Below are positions 27,076 to 39,714 of a stretch of 64,000 nt of DNA, piece after piece. A program made the position numbers and the translations under genes. The stretch is from Octopus sinensis. Its lineage: Eukaryota. Location of the stretch: NCBI RefSeq assembly GCF_006345805.1, contig NC_043005.1:36394001-36458000 (forward strand). The letters run 5' to 3'. The notes beneath the pieces are model-generated. The model made no database searches. It saw only the letters and a program-made list of their open reading frames with translations, and was not told the origin of the DNA. Each line of letters opens with the position of its first letter. The stretch's first letter is position 1.

Positions 27076-27709
27076 TGCTCAAGGAACAGATTCGAATTGA
27101 AAAGTCTAATATATATCACGTGTACGATGAACAGGATCGCAGCAAAATATAGTGTTGAATTGTTACTCGTAAGGCCGATTGCAGGAAACCTTCGGGTCCG
27201 GATGTGTACAAAAATATGAATATATACGCATATTTAATGAAAAGAAAATTACGTATTCTCAGCGGAACTCGATCTGACGCCTTGGTTTACATATATACTC
27301 TGTCATTTTATACGACGTCGTACGGCTCCTGTTTTCTTTCCCTAATTTTAGTTATCATCTGATAATAATTTAACACCTCGAGTCACTGATATTCATTCCG
27401 TCCCATCGGAGCCGTAATACTATGCTCAAGCAACTTTAATCGTGTTTCGTTTCATAATTAAATCAGAGCAGAGATAAATTTATTGAGATAATTAGAAATA
27501 AATGTCTAAAATATACACTAATTAATTTGCAAACGAATTAAGATTCTCTCAAAAAATGTATATATTATTGTATATGTATATATTAAATTAATGATATACA
27601 GTGACAAGTCCTTGTAAATTGAAATCAAATCTATGTTGCAATTATTATCCATATCGCACGCGCGCATACACTCATTAATGCCATAGAAATAACGTTGAAT
27701 GAAATATAG

Positions 27710-27921
27710 TTACGTGTAATCGTATTTAACGTGTTTGACTACATTAGGAGGTGGAAAGACAATACGCTGCGCAAGTTGTCTCCGGAGAAGGAATTCTCTT
27801 TCTAGATTATATGGGAATAAGCACACCAATTGGTCACGAATGATGTCACCTGATCGTAGGACGCATACGTTGCTGCGTTGTGATGCTTCATTAGACATGT
27901 CTAACGAGCTATCTGTCATGA
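27710..27921 (-). CDS. Candidate terminal coding exon (minus model), product unknown
   Basis: Acceptor gctttttccag| at 27922, open for ~70 codons (..MTDSSLDMSNEASQRSNVCVLRSGDIIR...YDYT*). Phase-compatible with the 28333-28396 exon. No family recognised. Confidence 0.25.
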
Positions 27922-28332
27922 CTGGAAAAAGCTTGTTAATGCTTTTCGGACATCGCCAAATACACCTTTTGCTATTCTAATATACGAGTGACCAGCTCTC
28001 AGTGGCCATGAATAACGGCTCGGTATACATAGTTGATAAAGTATAACGAAGCAGAAACGCATGCGCCCTATGGTCCGGTGAATCATTTATGACATAAGGA
28101 TATGTTTACACCCATATTATAAATAAGGAGAATTTGTTCTCTCATGTCAGAAACAAGTTTTTGGTAGAAAAGGAGGATCGGGGCATGAGCGCCGAGATAC
28201 AGCTGATAGCGGCGGTTTGAGGTCAGGCAACGTTGACAGCTATTTTAATACATTCCATGCGTCATCGAACTTGCTTCTTTTCCATTGAACTCGTTTAGAT
28301 ATCGATGTATTTCGGATTTATTCTGGGCTTAC

Positions 28333-28396
28333 CGTGAACAGAACCATTTCCAGAAGTTCCTCTGCTGTACATGACGTTTTGAATTCTACACAAAAT
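28333..28396 (-). CDS. Candidate 64-nt exon (minus model), ILCRIQNVMYSRGTSGNGSVH
   Basis: Acceptor ctatttctactttgttcttag| and donor ACG|gtaagc; open in two frames. Confidence 0.25.
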
Positions 28397-28471
28397 CTAA
28401 GAACAAAGTAGAAATAGTTTAACAAAATATTCAAGAACATTTTGCTTATTTCCTTCAACATTTTCTTTTAG

Positions 28472-28585
28472 TCACAGGAGAAGTCTGTGCCTTTGACTTC
28501 TTCACAGGACTTTCGAGAATTGCGAGAGAGCCGAAAGAAGGGATTCTTAAAACAGAGACCTTACATGATCTTTTCGTCAATTCCG
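28472..28585 (+). CDS. Candidate 114-nt phase 1-1 exon, (V)TGEVCAFDFFTGLSRIAREPKEGILKTETLHDLFVNS
   Basis: Strong acceptor ttccttcaacattttcttttag|, donor CCG|gtaaat, length a multiple of 3, open frame. No homolog recognised. Confidence 0.3.
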
Positions 28586-29707
28586 GTAAATGAATACACC
28601 GAAGACGCCAGATAGCGGTGCTAAAGCTACTGGTTTAAACTGACTATATTCTAATTAATTTTGAAAATAATGAAGACTTTAGTAAAATAACTTTGTTGCT
28701 ATTAATTAATCTGATGTTTAAAATGCAAATTAACATGAAATTTTGATGGAAGATTTTAATTTAGATCCCTTTAAAGCCAAAAGTTTGTATCATGGAAACA
28801 ATTGCTGTCTCGAGCGGGTTGGTATCAAAACTGATAAGTTTGTCTCTTTATTCTTCGTTTTGCTATTAAAAGAAATACTTTTAAGTATATGAAGCTACAT
28901 TGTTGCGGTTTTGACTTATGTATACTTATTTTGAGTACCTCGCACACTAACAACTCATATATACGCGCTGTAAATGTATTGATACACACACATAACCTCA
29001 GACACGCGCATAGACACACATTAATGCACTCACAAACAGATTACACAAACCACATTCGCTTACTCGCAAGCACACGCACATATACACATACGCGCGGTGG
29101 TTGTCCGTCATTTTGATGAGAGGAATAAATAACTTTAAAGAAAGAACCAACGGAAAAAAAATGACATTCTTCGAAGAAAAGACAAACGTAGAATTGGTGA
29201 AGGAAGATCAGGTTGTACAAAGAGGAGTGTGAGGGGAGAAAAAAACCCACAGATGTTGTAAAGAAATAATAATAATAAAAGAAGAAAAGAAAATATATAA
29301 AAACAAAGAATGATGGGAGGAAAATAACAGAAGCAAAAACAACATTAATACAAGAAAACAAGAAAAGTGGGGTGGGGGTTAGGGAAGGGGAAGGAGGATA
29401 CAAAATAATGGGAAAAAAAGATGAAAGAGAAAGGTTAGAAATAAAATGTGATTGAATAAAGAATATGAAAGAATGAAGAATAAAAGAAAGAGGTGAAATG
29501 ATAATGGTGGGGGGGGGGGGTGAGAGTGGGGGAGAACAATAGAAGAAAAAATACTCTTACACTCCCTCACTACACACAATTTTTTAATGCGTATGTGGAA
29601 ATATATGTGAGTGTGCATATGCATATACGCACACACATGCAAACATAAACGCATATATATATATATACATACATACGTATATATATACATAAATATACAT
29701 ACATACC

Positions 29708-29753
<46 letters not shown>

Positions 29754-29825
29754 AATATACGCGTAAGTACGTATAAGTACACACGCATGTATTTGATGTA
29801 CATATATAGCTATTTCTGTCTAAGG

Positions 29826-29861
<36 letters not shown>

Positions 29862-30094
29862 GGGGGGGGATTAAACGAACATATACGCATATTGACATAA
29901 ACAACAAACATGTATGTATACGTACCAAAAATACGCCACGCCAATAACATCGTCATCACAAACTACAGTGCACGTTATTAACACACAAGGTGGTGCTGTG
30001 TAACAAATTGTTAATATTCTGGTACAGTCTTCGATTTGTATTCGTCTCTATCATATGCTGAATCAATTGAAACTATTACTGTGTCAACAGGCGT

Positions 30095-30305
30095 TCTGTA
30101 CGTGACCATTCAGCCTGTTAGAAACAGCAACCTAATGTCTTGCAAATAATATCATTTGGCCGTAAAACTGGACACGGAGGATATTGTTGTTGGGGTGGAG
30201 GAATCTAAAAAAGGGTTGTGATGGTTGGTAAGGGCTGGATTACTGATGATTATAGACCTGCTCGATCAGGGCTACAAGGTTGGCGTGAGGCTAAGCCGTA
30301 ACAAC
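30095..30305 (+). mobile_element. Old interspersed repeat family D fragment
   Basis: cagcctgttagaaacagcaacc ... gacctgctcgatcagggct ... ggctaa..aacaacaa. Homologous to 40040, 46190 and 47385. Confidence 0.6.
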
Positions 30306-31468
30306 AAAAAGTGAGATCGCAGGCATTCTTCTTGGATTTATATTTTACATCCTGGAACCAGCACGAAAACTATATCCCAGAAGCAGCTGTAAAGAAAGAC
30401 CTGCACGTTCCATTTCTTTGCTTGGAAGTTTTTGAACAATGATTCTTACTCACTTATCTCTGTTGAACTAACGCGAAGGCCTACTCAAATTCTATTCTAT
30501 CCCATCAACATCCTTAGTGTAGAAACCTCTTGGATTTATACCTGTCTGTGAGGAATCACAACGAACTTTCACCTCTCTGAATTCCCTTGGTTTTCTACTC
30601 ACTTTTATGTAGATGTTATAAATGGCATAATACCTTAGAAATAGCTGTTCGTTTTTACTTAACCCGGATCTTATCTACTCCATTCCTTGACGCTTGCATT
30701 CTTATTCGTACACCCGGCAGTTTCTAGTGCAATCACTGTGGGCAATAAAGTCAAATTGAGCAATATCAAATACCGTACAGAATAAATTCTTGATTTACTG
30801 AAATTTTCTCCTCTCCGAGAGAATGGTAAAGAAAATACCTTGTGGTAATTGCAAACAACTGTAAATGAGAAGGGGAGATAATCTCAATCTCAAGCATAAT
30901 GAAATCTCTGAAACTGACATATCATTACAGACTCTGATAAATTGTCGTTTCCGACTCTATAAGCGTCGTCAGAACAGCAGTTGCTCACCTTGGGTTCCAG
31001 AGACGTAAGACTAAGGCATATGCAAAATGACTAGACACGTTGTTTACATTTCAGTGTAAATATGTTGATACCCTTAATATTTCGCCTCAAGTCGTCTCTG
31101 AACGGGCACACACGCGAAGAAAGATATTCTAGCCATGACTATTCCTTAAAGATTCGCACCCTAATTCTTTTCAATCTTGAAAAGGCCAGACAGTAGAAGC
31201 AGAGACATTACTTTCTCCCCAGTGGCAATAAGTCCTATCTTTCTTTTCAGAAGACTACCGTACTTCAGACTGCATTATGCATTATATCGTATTGCTCTTT
31301 CTAAGATCGAACTTGGGTGTGATTCAAGAGATTTAACTACTATTTCTATCAGGTCGAGTAACAACGAATATGATCTTTTCTAGTTCTTTAAATATTCTTA
31401 AATTTTCTAAGACCCAGAGAGCAAGAATGCAAAACTTAAGTCATATCTCACTACTTCAGTCAACAACA

Positions 31469-32006
31469 CAGTAATACCCCACTTTATGAGGACCCGCTTT
31501 ACGAGACTTCGGGTTTACGAGTTTTATTTTTCAAGCACAAGATCCAAATTTTGAACGAAATGCAAACGTTTCTATTACCATAACAAATGCTTCTGCGTGT
31601 TACCGAGAAATTTATAGAAAGCGAAAAAAATCCTTTTAAGCAAACAACTCTAGACTTGATTTTTAAAAAGAAATTTACAAGTTTGTCCATGAGTGCTTGT
31701 GAATCAGCGATCACGTATACAAGTGATGGTGTGCGCGAGTCTAGTGCGCGTGAAAGTGATTCAGAAAACGATTATGATAATATATTTTAATTATAAGTGA
31801 CCTTGACATTATTTTTGCTTTACATAAAATATTCTTTACATTCTACTTCTGTTTCATTGCCATTTATTTACGAGTATCATAAATTATATACGTAAAATAT
31901 TTTCCTGGGAACGAATTACCATTGTGAGATTATTGCCCTGCTTTACGAGTTTCACTTTACGAGCGGTCTCCGGGAACAAATTAATTGGTATATCGAGGCA
32001 TTTCTG
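31469..32006 (+). mobile_element. pogo/Tigger-type non-autonomous DNA transposon (deletion derivative) retaining the transposase C-terminus
   Basis: Imperfect TIRs CAGTAATACCCCAC.. / ..tcgaggcatttCTG, followed by TA. Subterminal tttacgag repeats at both ends. Translation from 31538 gives QDPNFERNANVSITITNASACYREIYRKRKK, then a frameshift to KQTTLDLIFKK, matching the Tigger/pogo C-terminal DPxxER...CYREI...QTxLxxFFK pattern. Confidence 0.85.
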
Positions 32007-32354
32007 TATACATAATTATATTCTATAAAACCATAGTCAGGAGGTATGAATGGTGAGCATATATATATTTATTTAGCCACGTGACTTCCATGGGATTACG
32101 GCCATTTCGCATCCTTCTTCTAAGTAATATTAATTTCAGTATAGAAACAACTAGGCGTACATGTTTGCATTAATATGTATGCTCAGCATTCACAAATTAG
32201 TGCAAATAAAGAAGGCTAGCTCATCAGATCTCTGGAACAACATGGTTACACCAATAATTCAACTCTGTGTTTTACATTGAGTATTATTTCTCTTGCTCAA
32301 ACCATGTCGATCAACAACGTTTCTTCAATGTCTGTGTTTGTGTATATGTGTGTG

Positions 32355-32458
<104 letters not shown>

Positions 32459-32658
32459 CATCTATCTATCTATCTACTTATTTATCTGTCTGTCGGTTTG
32501 TCTGTCTGTCTATATAGGTGTACATGTATACGTAGGTGAGAAATATAGATATATTGATTCTTTAATTATTCGCAAATAAGTAACGTTTTATGTCTACAAA
32601 AGATGAAAAATGCGCACACAAACAGGCATACACACACACACACACATACACACACACA

Positions 32659-32693
<35 letters not shown>

Positions 32694-33067
32694 ATATATA
32701 CACTCATATGTACACCTTTTTTAGTCTATAAGCGTATAATATATCGTGATATACGTAGGTGTGTTTGCGTTTATAATAGGCATGTATGAGAAAACGCATA
32801 TCTATGTATCTCAGTGCACGAAAAGAAAGAAACGATGGAGTAAATATTTTCTGTAGCAAAGAACGAAGGAAGAAAGCAAGAATGAGGTGGTAGCGATGCT
32901 AGGGATGCAAATTTGGTTTTGTCGCAGACTAACAGATATTCTTAGAGTATTTACCTTAATCAGATATACATAATGCTACAGATAGATGAAGGTTATTATT
33001 ACATTTCGTAGTATTCATGACACTGGTGTAGTGTGTGTGTGTTTATATGTATATGCACATAATATGC

Positions 33068-33154
<87 letters not shown>

Positions 33155-33848
33155 ATATATACGTGTGTATATATATGTATATATGTGTACATATATATAT
33201 ATATAAAATGTATATATATTATATATATATATTATAATATATATATATATATGTATATAATATAATATATATATATATATATGTGCATATATATGTATGT
33301 GTTGTTTATGTATGTATATGTATGTGTCATATATTCATATTATTGTTGTATATGTGTGTATTGTAGATATGAGATTTCTATACAGACACACGTGCGCGCA
33401 AGAACCTCTCTATAGTGTTTTATGTGTAATACATATACACACTTAGAAAAAAGGTATTATACACTTAGCTATTTGTTATTCATGTGTGTGTATATGGGTT
33501 TAATTCAGACAACTTATATCTATAAATTAGCATTCAATATTTATGGATATATGCCAATAAGTATGTTTATGTAAATCTCTGCCTGTCTCTCCTCCCTGCC
33601 TCTAAATCTCGATCGCTTTCCCTCTCTACATATATTGCATTAACCATAGTTATGTGAGTGTGCGTATATATGTATGTCTGCTCATACAAACATATATATA
33701 TATATATATATATATATGCAAACACACCCCTATGTATGTAAATACACGCGTCTATGTATATATTAAACTGTGTTTGTATATGTGTACATATTTATATATT
33801 TATATATACTCACGTGTATATATATATATGTATACATATATGTGTGTG

Positions 33849-33904
<56 letters not shown>

Positions 33905-35076
33905 ATACATACATACACACACACTCACACACACACACAAACACATATATATGTACAAGCAGAATATCCAATGTTACCCCGGGTAACGGATATTTTTGTT
34001 GGCCCCTTTGTCAAAAATGTACAAGACTTAATCTTAAGACATGTATAGTGTGTAGCACATTATTTATATATATTGTATATCTGAAGCAAAAACATACTCT
34101 GGAACAAAAGACAATTTTCGGAGATGTTCTTGAAGAACAACGATCTTGTTTCGCTTTAAGCACTGACATGAAGATTGTCTTAACATATATCTGTCTGAAA
34201 TGATGAATCAGTAGGAATGAATACATCTTAACCTTTGCAAAACCCGACATGAGATTCTTAAAAACTGCACATGTTTCATTGCATTGATACGGTCGATCCA
34301 TTTTACGACAGAGTAGAATGTGCATTCTTACTTTAAGATTAAAACACTATAGTAGGTACCTTAGAGGTTCCGGTGAAATTAGAAACGCGTCTGAATAGTT
34401 GATAAAAGGATTTGGATCAGTAATTCTGTCAGCATACTTGAAGGATCAATGGTTCTTTGTTATTCAGCTAGTTGTCTTGTTACCATAAACAACTTTTTTC
34501 TTCGAGGCCAATATTTCGATTTTCGGCAAATATCTTTGATCCTGGAACTTAAGAAAGACCTTCTTTCAGGTCATCCATAAATAAATTTTGCTAACCGTTC
34601 GCGTTTTTTTTTACATTCTTCGTAGTGTCTACGAAGTCAGAAACTAAACGACATTTGCTCAATGTGTGTATGCATGTGTGTGTGAGTGTGTGTGTATATG
34701 TGTGGGTATGTACGCGCGCGTGTGGATACTCGAGCATAATGTAATGTGTGAGTCATTTTTAATTGCCTTGACGTTGTCCTGACGTTTTTGGACAACATAC
34801 ATGCTCTTGTCCGTTACGAGTAAAATCAACTTCAATAGCCGGTGGATCATTGGCGCAACCATACCATGTACTTTTGGCTATTTATCTCTGTCAATCATTC
34901 ACTGAATGTCCATATTTGACTTATTCAGTAATTTATAATGATATGCATTATCTCCTGAAATAGTGTCTAAAATCTGGTCCCCTTCAATTTCAACGGCATT
35001 CTCCTCGGTGCATAAACAGACAAAATAGTTGCAAGTATTGTGTGCATGTATATAAGTGTATGTATGTGTGTGTAGA

Positions 35077-35383
35077 GGCACATGGTCTAGTGGTTAGAGC
35101 AGCGGACTCGCGGTCGAGGGATCGCGGGTTCGAATCGCAGACCGGGCGATGTATGAGTTTATGAGCGAAACAACTAAGCTCCACGCGGCTCCGGCAGAAG
35201 GTAATGGCGAAATTTCTGGTGACTCTTTCGCCACAACTTTCTCTCACTCTTTCCTCCTGCATCTTGCAGCTCACCTGCGACGGACTGGCATCACGTCCAG
35301 GTGGGGAACCTATACGCCAAGGAAACCGGGAAACCGGCCCTAATGAGCCAGGCATGGCTTGAGAAGGAATAAACAAACAAACA
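35077..35383 (+). mobile_element. SINE family C, tail variant 1 (V-domain-like segment, (AAAC)n tail)
   Basis: A box tggtctagtggt and B box ggttcgaatcg. Body runs to ctctcactctttc (35253), then cctgcgacggactggcatcacgtccagg (resembles the V-SINE domain, from memory). 3' hairpin agcca-ggca-tggct at 35346-35359. Confidence 0.9.
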
Positions 35384-35516
35384 TGTATGTATGTATGTAT
35401 GTATGTATGTATGTATGTATGTATGTATGTATGTATGTATGTATGTATGTATGTATGTATGTATGTATGTATGTATGTATGTATGTATGTATTATGTATG
35501 TATGTATGTATGTATG

Positions 35517-35548
<32 letters not shown>

Positions 35549-35616
35549 TGTATGTATGTATGTATGTATGTATGTATGTATGTATGTATGTATGTATGTA
35601 TGTATGTATGTATGTA
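35384..35616. repeat. (TATG)n microsatellite abutting the SINE tail
   Basis: Near-perfect run with two small interruptions. Confidence 0.95.
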
Positions 35617-36894
35617 TAATTCTTTCTGCGGACGGTTATCTCGATCTAGATAGAGCTAGAAATAATAGCAGCGTTCGATTTTTCTATCCAAAAGGTTTTT
35701 TTTAAACCGACACGGTATTATTTGGAACTTTATCTACTTCGAGATCCACCGTTCTCAAACATAATTATTTTAGGTTCACTCGAAGTTTATGAATTATTAT
35801 GACGTCAAATATGTGTGTGTATGCATGTATATATATGTATGTGTGTGTATCCGTGAGTGTATATGTATTTATGTATGTACACACACATATATATATATAC
35901 ATATACATATATATGTCAACGACTATTGAAGAGGTTGCATTACGCAACGAAAATTTTAGAGAAAATAAATGAATGGAAATCTAACCGGTGAGTGTGTTAA
36001 GTAATGAGACACCAAAAGAGAATGACTCTCTCCAGTTACAATAATATATGTGTGTTCGTATGTGTATGTGTGTGCGTGCGTGTGTGTGTGTGTGTATGTA
36101 TGTATGTACTTACGTACGAATATGTATGTATGAATGTATGTAATGTATGTATGAATGTATGCAGGAATGTATATATTGTGAATGCTGAATGTTGTAGCCG
36201 AGTGTGAGAGCATTTACACACGCTCATCTATTTGTCAGAAATCGCTTTAGTTTCCTTCATACATAAATATGCGCGCGCGCACGCACACACACACACACAC
36301 ATACACACACACGCAACAGATACTAAGGTATGTATATATACACACAGACATGAACACATGTCCACAAGTGTATTTTTAACAGCTTCTCGTGCTTGCTGCT
36401 GTATAAATGACATACGCACTCCCACTCCCCCACTAAAAACCAAAATATATGCATACAAAAACCCACATAGCCAATAATATATATCTTACACAAAACATGA
36501 CAGGGTTCTTTAAGGAGCGCAATGCAGTCACATAAGATATACGTATAAGTACTGGTTTATATATAAACATAACATATAATTACAATACAACACGTTTGTC
36601 TGTGTGATTTATATATCAATATATACAACAGAGATGGCGGTGGTGTTGCAAATAAGTTTTGATGCTGATGGTGGACGTGGATGGGGAAGATGCAGATTGC
36701 AATATATAGATCTGTTAGTTTTCTGCTCTTTTGCTGCTTCGTTCTTTCTCCTACATTTTAAAGCACCAATACAAATTTGCATACACGCATGTACGATAAA
36801 CACCCTCTCACACACTGATGTGTCATATACTGTGTGTATATATATATATGTATCTGTAAATATAAACCATCCGATTTTCTGAGTACCTCATTTC

Positions 36895-36951
<57 letters not shown>

Positions 36952-37143
36952 GTTATATATGCATGTTATGTACACATTACATATGCGGGTTTCATGTACA
37001 TACATATTCATACCCACGCACACGTATATATATCTAAATACATACATATCCGTATATCATATATACGCAGGCATTTATACATATAAAGTATGCATATATT
37101 TTTAATATATCATATGGAAATTTTATAGTATCTAACATATCAC

Positions 37144-37179
<36 letters not shown>

Positions 37180-37219
37180 ATATAAATATATATTCATACA
37201 TATTTACATACGTACATAT

Positions 37220-37270
<51 letters not shown>

Positions 37271-37949
37271 GCGTGCGTATGTGTTTACACACACACACAT
37301 GTATATATGAATACTTTTAAATATGGGTATTTATGTATGCATAGTTAAGCGCACTTTATTTCAATGTTTGCTTTCTCAGCAATATTCACAAAGGTAATAC
37401 GTATTGAGGCTTACGCAGAGCTAAATGCTATCATGTGCTCACACACGTACGCATTTATTCACACTCACCGACACAGACATACACATATACGCACATACAT
37501 GCACAAACGCCTCGAGTGTATTTGCCCTTATATATATATATCTGTGTGTGTGTATCTGTGTGTTAACCGGAACAGCACCAGTCACATCCAATATATACTC
37601 ATCTGATACTGAGTCAATATAAGGATTATGTGACGTTATTTAGATGTAGTTTTGCTTGGCTGTATATAGCAATAAATGTGTAACTACCCCAATACACAAA
37701 CAAATATGTGTGTGTGTGTGTGTGTGTGTGCGCAGCGCGTGCGTATGTCTGTGTGTTTGTGTAAGTGAGTGGGCTGTATGTCTGTGTGTGCATCTGGTGT
37801 CAATAAGTAAGACAGCACTTAAGCAGGTTTTATATTCCCAAACTTGACACAGATTTATGAAAAACAACAACAGCAACACGCACAAATATAAACAACACAC
37901 ACACACACACACACATACATATGTGTACATATCTTATGAAGACACACGC

Positions 37950-38067
37950 AACTACAACCACAACGACGACAACAACACCAACAACAACGATGATAATAAT
38001 AATAAATATAATAATAATAATAATAATAACAACAACAACAACGACGACGACGACGATGATGATTATG

Positions 38068-38099
<32 letters not shown>

Positions 38100-38112
38100 G
38101 ATGATGATGATT

Positions 38113-38166
<54 letters not shown>

Positions 38167-38196
38167 TTGATGGTGATGGTGGTGGTGACGATGATT
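37950..38196. repeat. Compound trinucleotide microsatellite AAC/AAT/GAC/GAT/GGT in a single phase
   Basis: Directly visible; source of the poly-N/D, poly-H and poly-I ORFs. Confidence 0.95.
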
Positions 38197-38421
38197 ACTT
38201 TGACAATATTTACTGCCACGTTTATCACAGTCACACTGAAAGATCATTTTCAAATTCTAACGCATGCGTATCTTTTGCGAGTTTTTTTTTTTTTTTCTTT
38301 TTCTTTCGATTCTACTTCGATGACATTCAACCGTGATAACTGTGTATTCTTCAAAATCTTTCACCTCTAACTCTAAAGCCGAAAGTAAATCATTTTATTT
38401 ACACACGACTTGGATCTTTCA

Positions 38422-38472
<51 letters not shown>

Positions 38473-38789
38473 TATATGCACACGCATTCGCACCGGTTTT
38501 ACATATTTCTAACTCCATTAGCTGGAACCAGTTATTCGCAGGTGATTTCACATCTTGACAGAAATCAGAAAGCTATGTCTTTGTGAAGGCAAGATGTATT
38601 GTTGATAGATATGATATTAGCACATGAGTTGCCCTTATGTTATCCCTTTGAAATTATAAATACAGGTTTGGATAAGAGACACGGGCAAAAATTAAATTAG
38701 ATAAACCAATAAGCTTGGTGTTCTCTCCTTTCTTTTATCCCAACCGTCTTCTATCATTCTTATAACCCTTTTGTTGCATTAGCCACGAA

Positions 38790-38965
38790 GCCTGTAGTTT
38801 CGCGGGAGTCGATTACTTCGATTCCAGTACTTAACTGGTACTTATTTTATCGACTCCGAAAGAGAAAGTCGAACTTGGCTGCATTTGAACTCAGAACGCA
38901 AAGCCAGATTAAATGTCACTAAGCATTATATACAGTGTGCTATCGATTCAGCCAGGTCGCCGCCT
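38790..38965 (-). mobile_element. SINE family A, diverged
   Basis: gtcgattacttcgattccagtac...ggtacttattttatcgactccgaaag...catttgaactcagaacg...gattcagccaggtcgccgcc. Confidence 0.85.
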
Positions 38966-39480
38966 TTTTATCACTCTTATAACAAATGTATATTTATATA
39001 TTTTGTGCCATGACCCAATGAAATTACAAAAATACTATCTTATTTAGAGTTATCACCCTTTGCTTTTGGTTACCATATATCTATTTTTTTTGTGTCTGTT
39101 CCTGTAATTTTCTAAATTTCAGTATAAAGCCAATAGCAAACCGATATAGATTTTCGTTTCAAGACTGTTCAAAGCAAAATCTGTTACAAAAACAGTATTT
39201 GTATTTGCAAATCGACGAAGCTTTCTTGCTAAGTTTTCCCTTTTATCTTCATTTCATGTCTTCATTTCTTTGTTATTTTCAATACATTTAAATAAGTATT
39301 TGCCGTTATTATGTACGGTAAGGATATACTAGTTAGTTAATCAAACTACTCTGACGAATATTGCCTAATCCTGGATACTGGTAAAAATGTAAAAATATAC
39401 TAAAACTCACAGTTACAGACAGACAGACCGACACACACAAAGAGGCCCACGTATACACAAAACTATATTCATTACTTATT

Positions 39481-39714
39481 GAAGGCGGCGAGCTGGCAGA
39501 AACGTTAGCACGGCGGGCGAAATGCGTTGCCGTATTTCGTCTGCCGTTACGTTCCGAGTTCAAATTCCGCCGAGGTCGACTTTGCCTTTCATCCTTCCGG
39601 GGTCGATAAATTAAGTACCAGTTACGTACTGGGGTCGATGTAATCGACTTAATCCGTTTGTCTGTCCTTGTTTGTCTCCTCTGTGTTTAGCCCCTTGTGG
39701 GTAGTAAAGAAATA
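39481..39714 (+). mobile_element. SINE family A, young full-length copy with 16-bp TSD
   Basis: A box ggcgagctgg, B box gagttcaaattcc, central gtcgactttgcctttcatccttccggggtcgataaattaagtaccag (resembles the MetaSINE domain, from memory). TSD tatattcattacttat at 39464-39479 and 39715-39730. Nearly identical to 12195-12418. Confidence 0.95.

Noticed and set aside
29369-29390. G-quadruplex motifs (here and 21019-21038)
   Set aside because: The pattern is real but lies in purine-rich low-complexity tracts with no functional context.
30942-30976. Second hammerhead-like string on the minus strand (CTGACGA..cgGAAAcgac)
   Set aside because: It lacks the essential U16.1 (reads ACGA, not ACGU), stem II is weak and there is no Penelope-like context. 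A chance match is plausible.
34011-34325. C2H2 zinc-finger-like DRPYQCNETC in a minus ORF
   Set aside because: Wrong C-F spacing, no His pair and no tandem fingers.
35077-35150. tRNA gene call (also 46378 and 43115)
   Set aside because: A/B boxes are present, but there is no complete cloverleaf or acceptor stem and the sequence continues into a shared SINE body.
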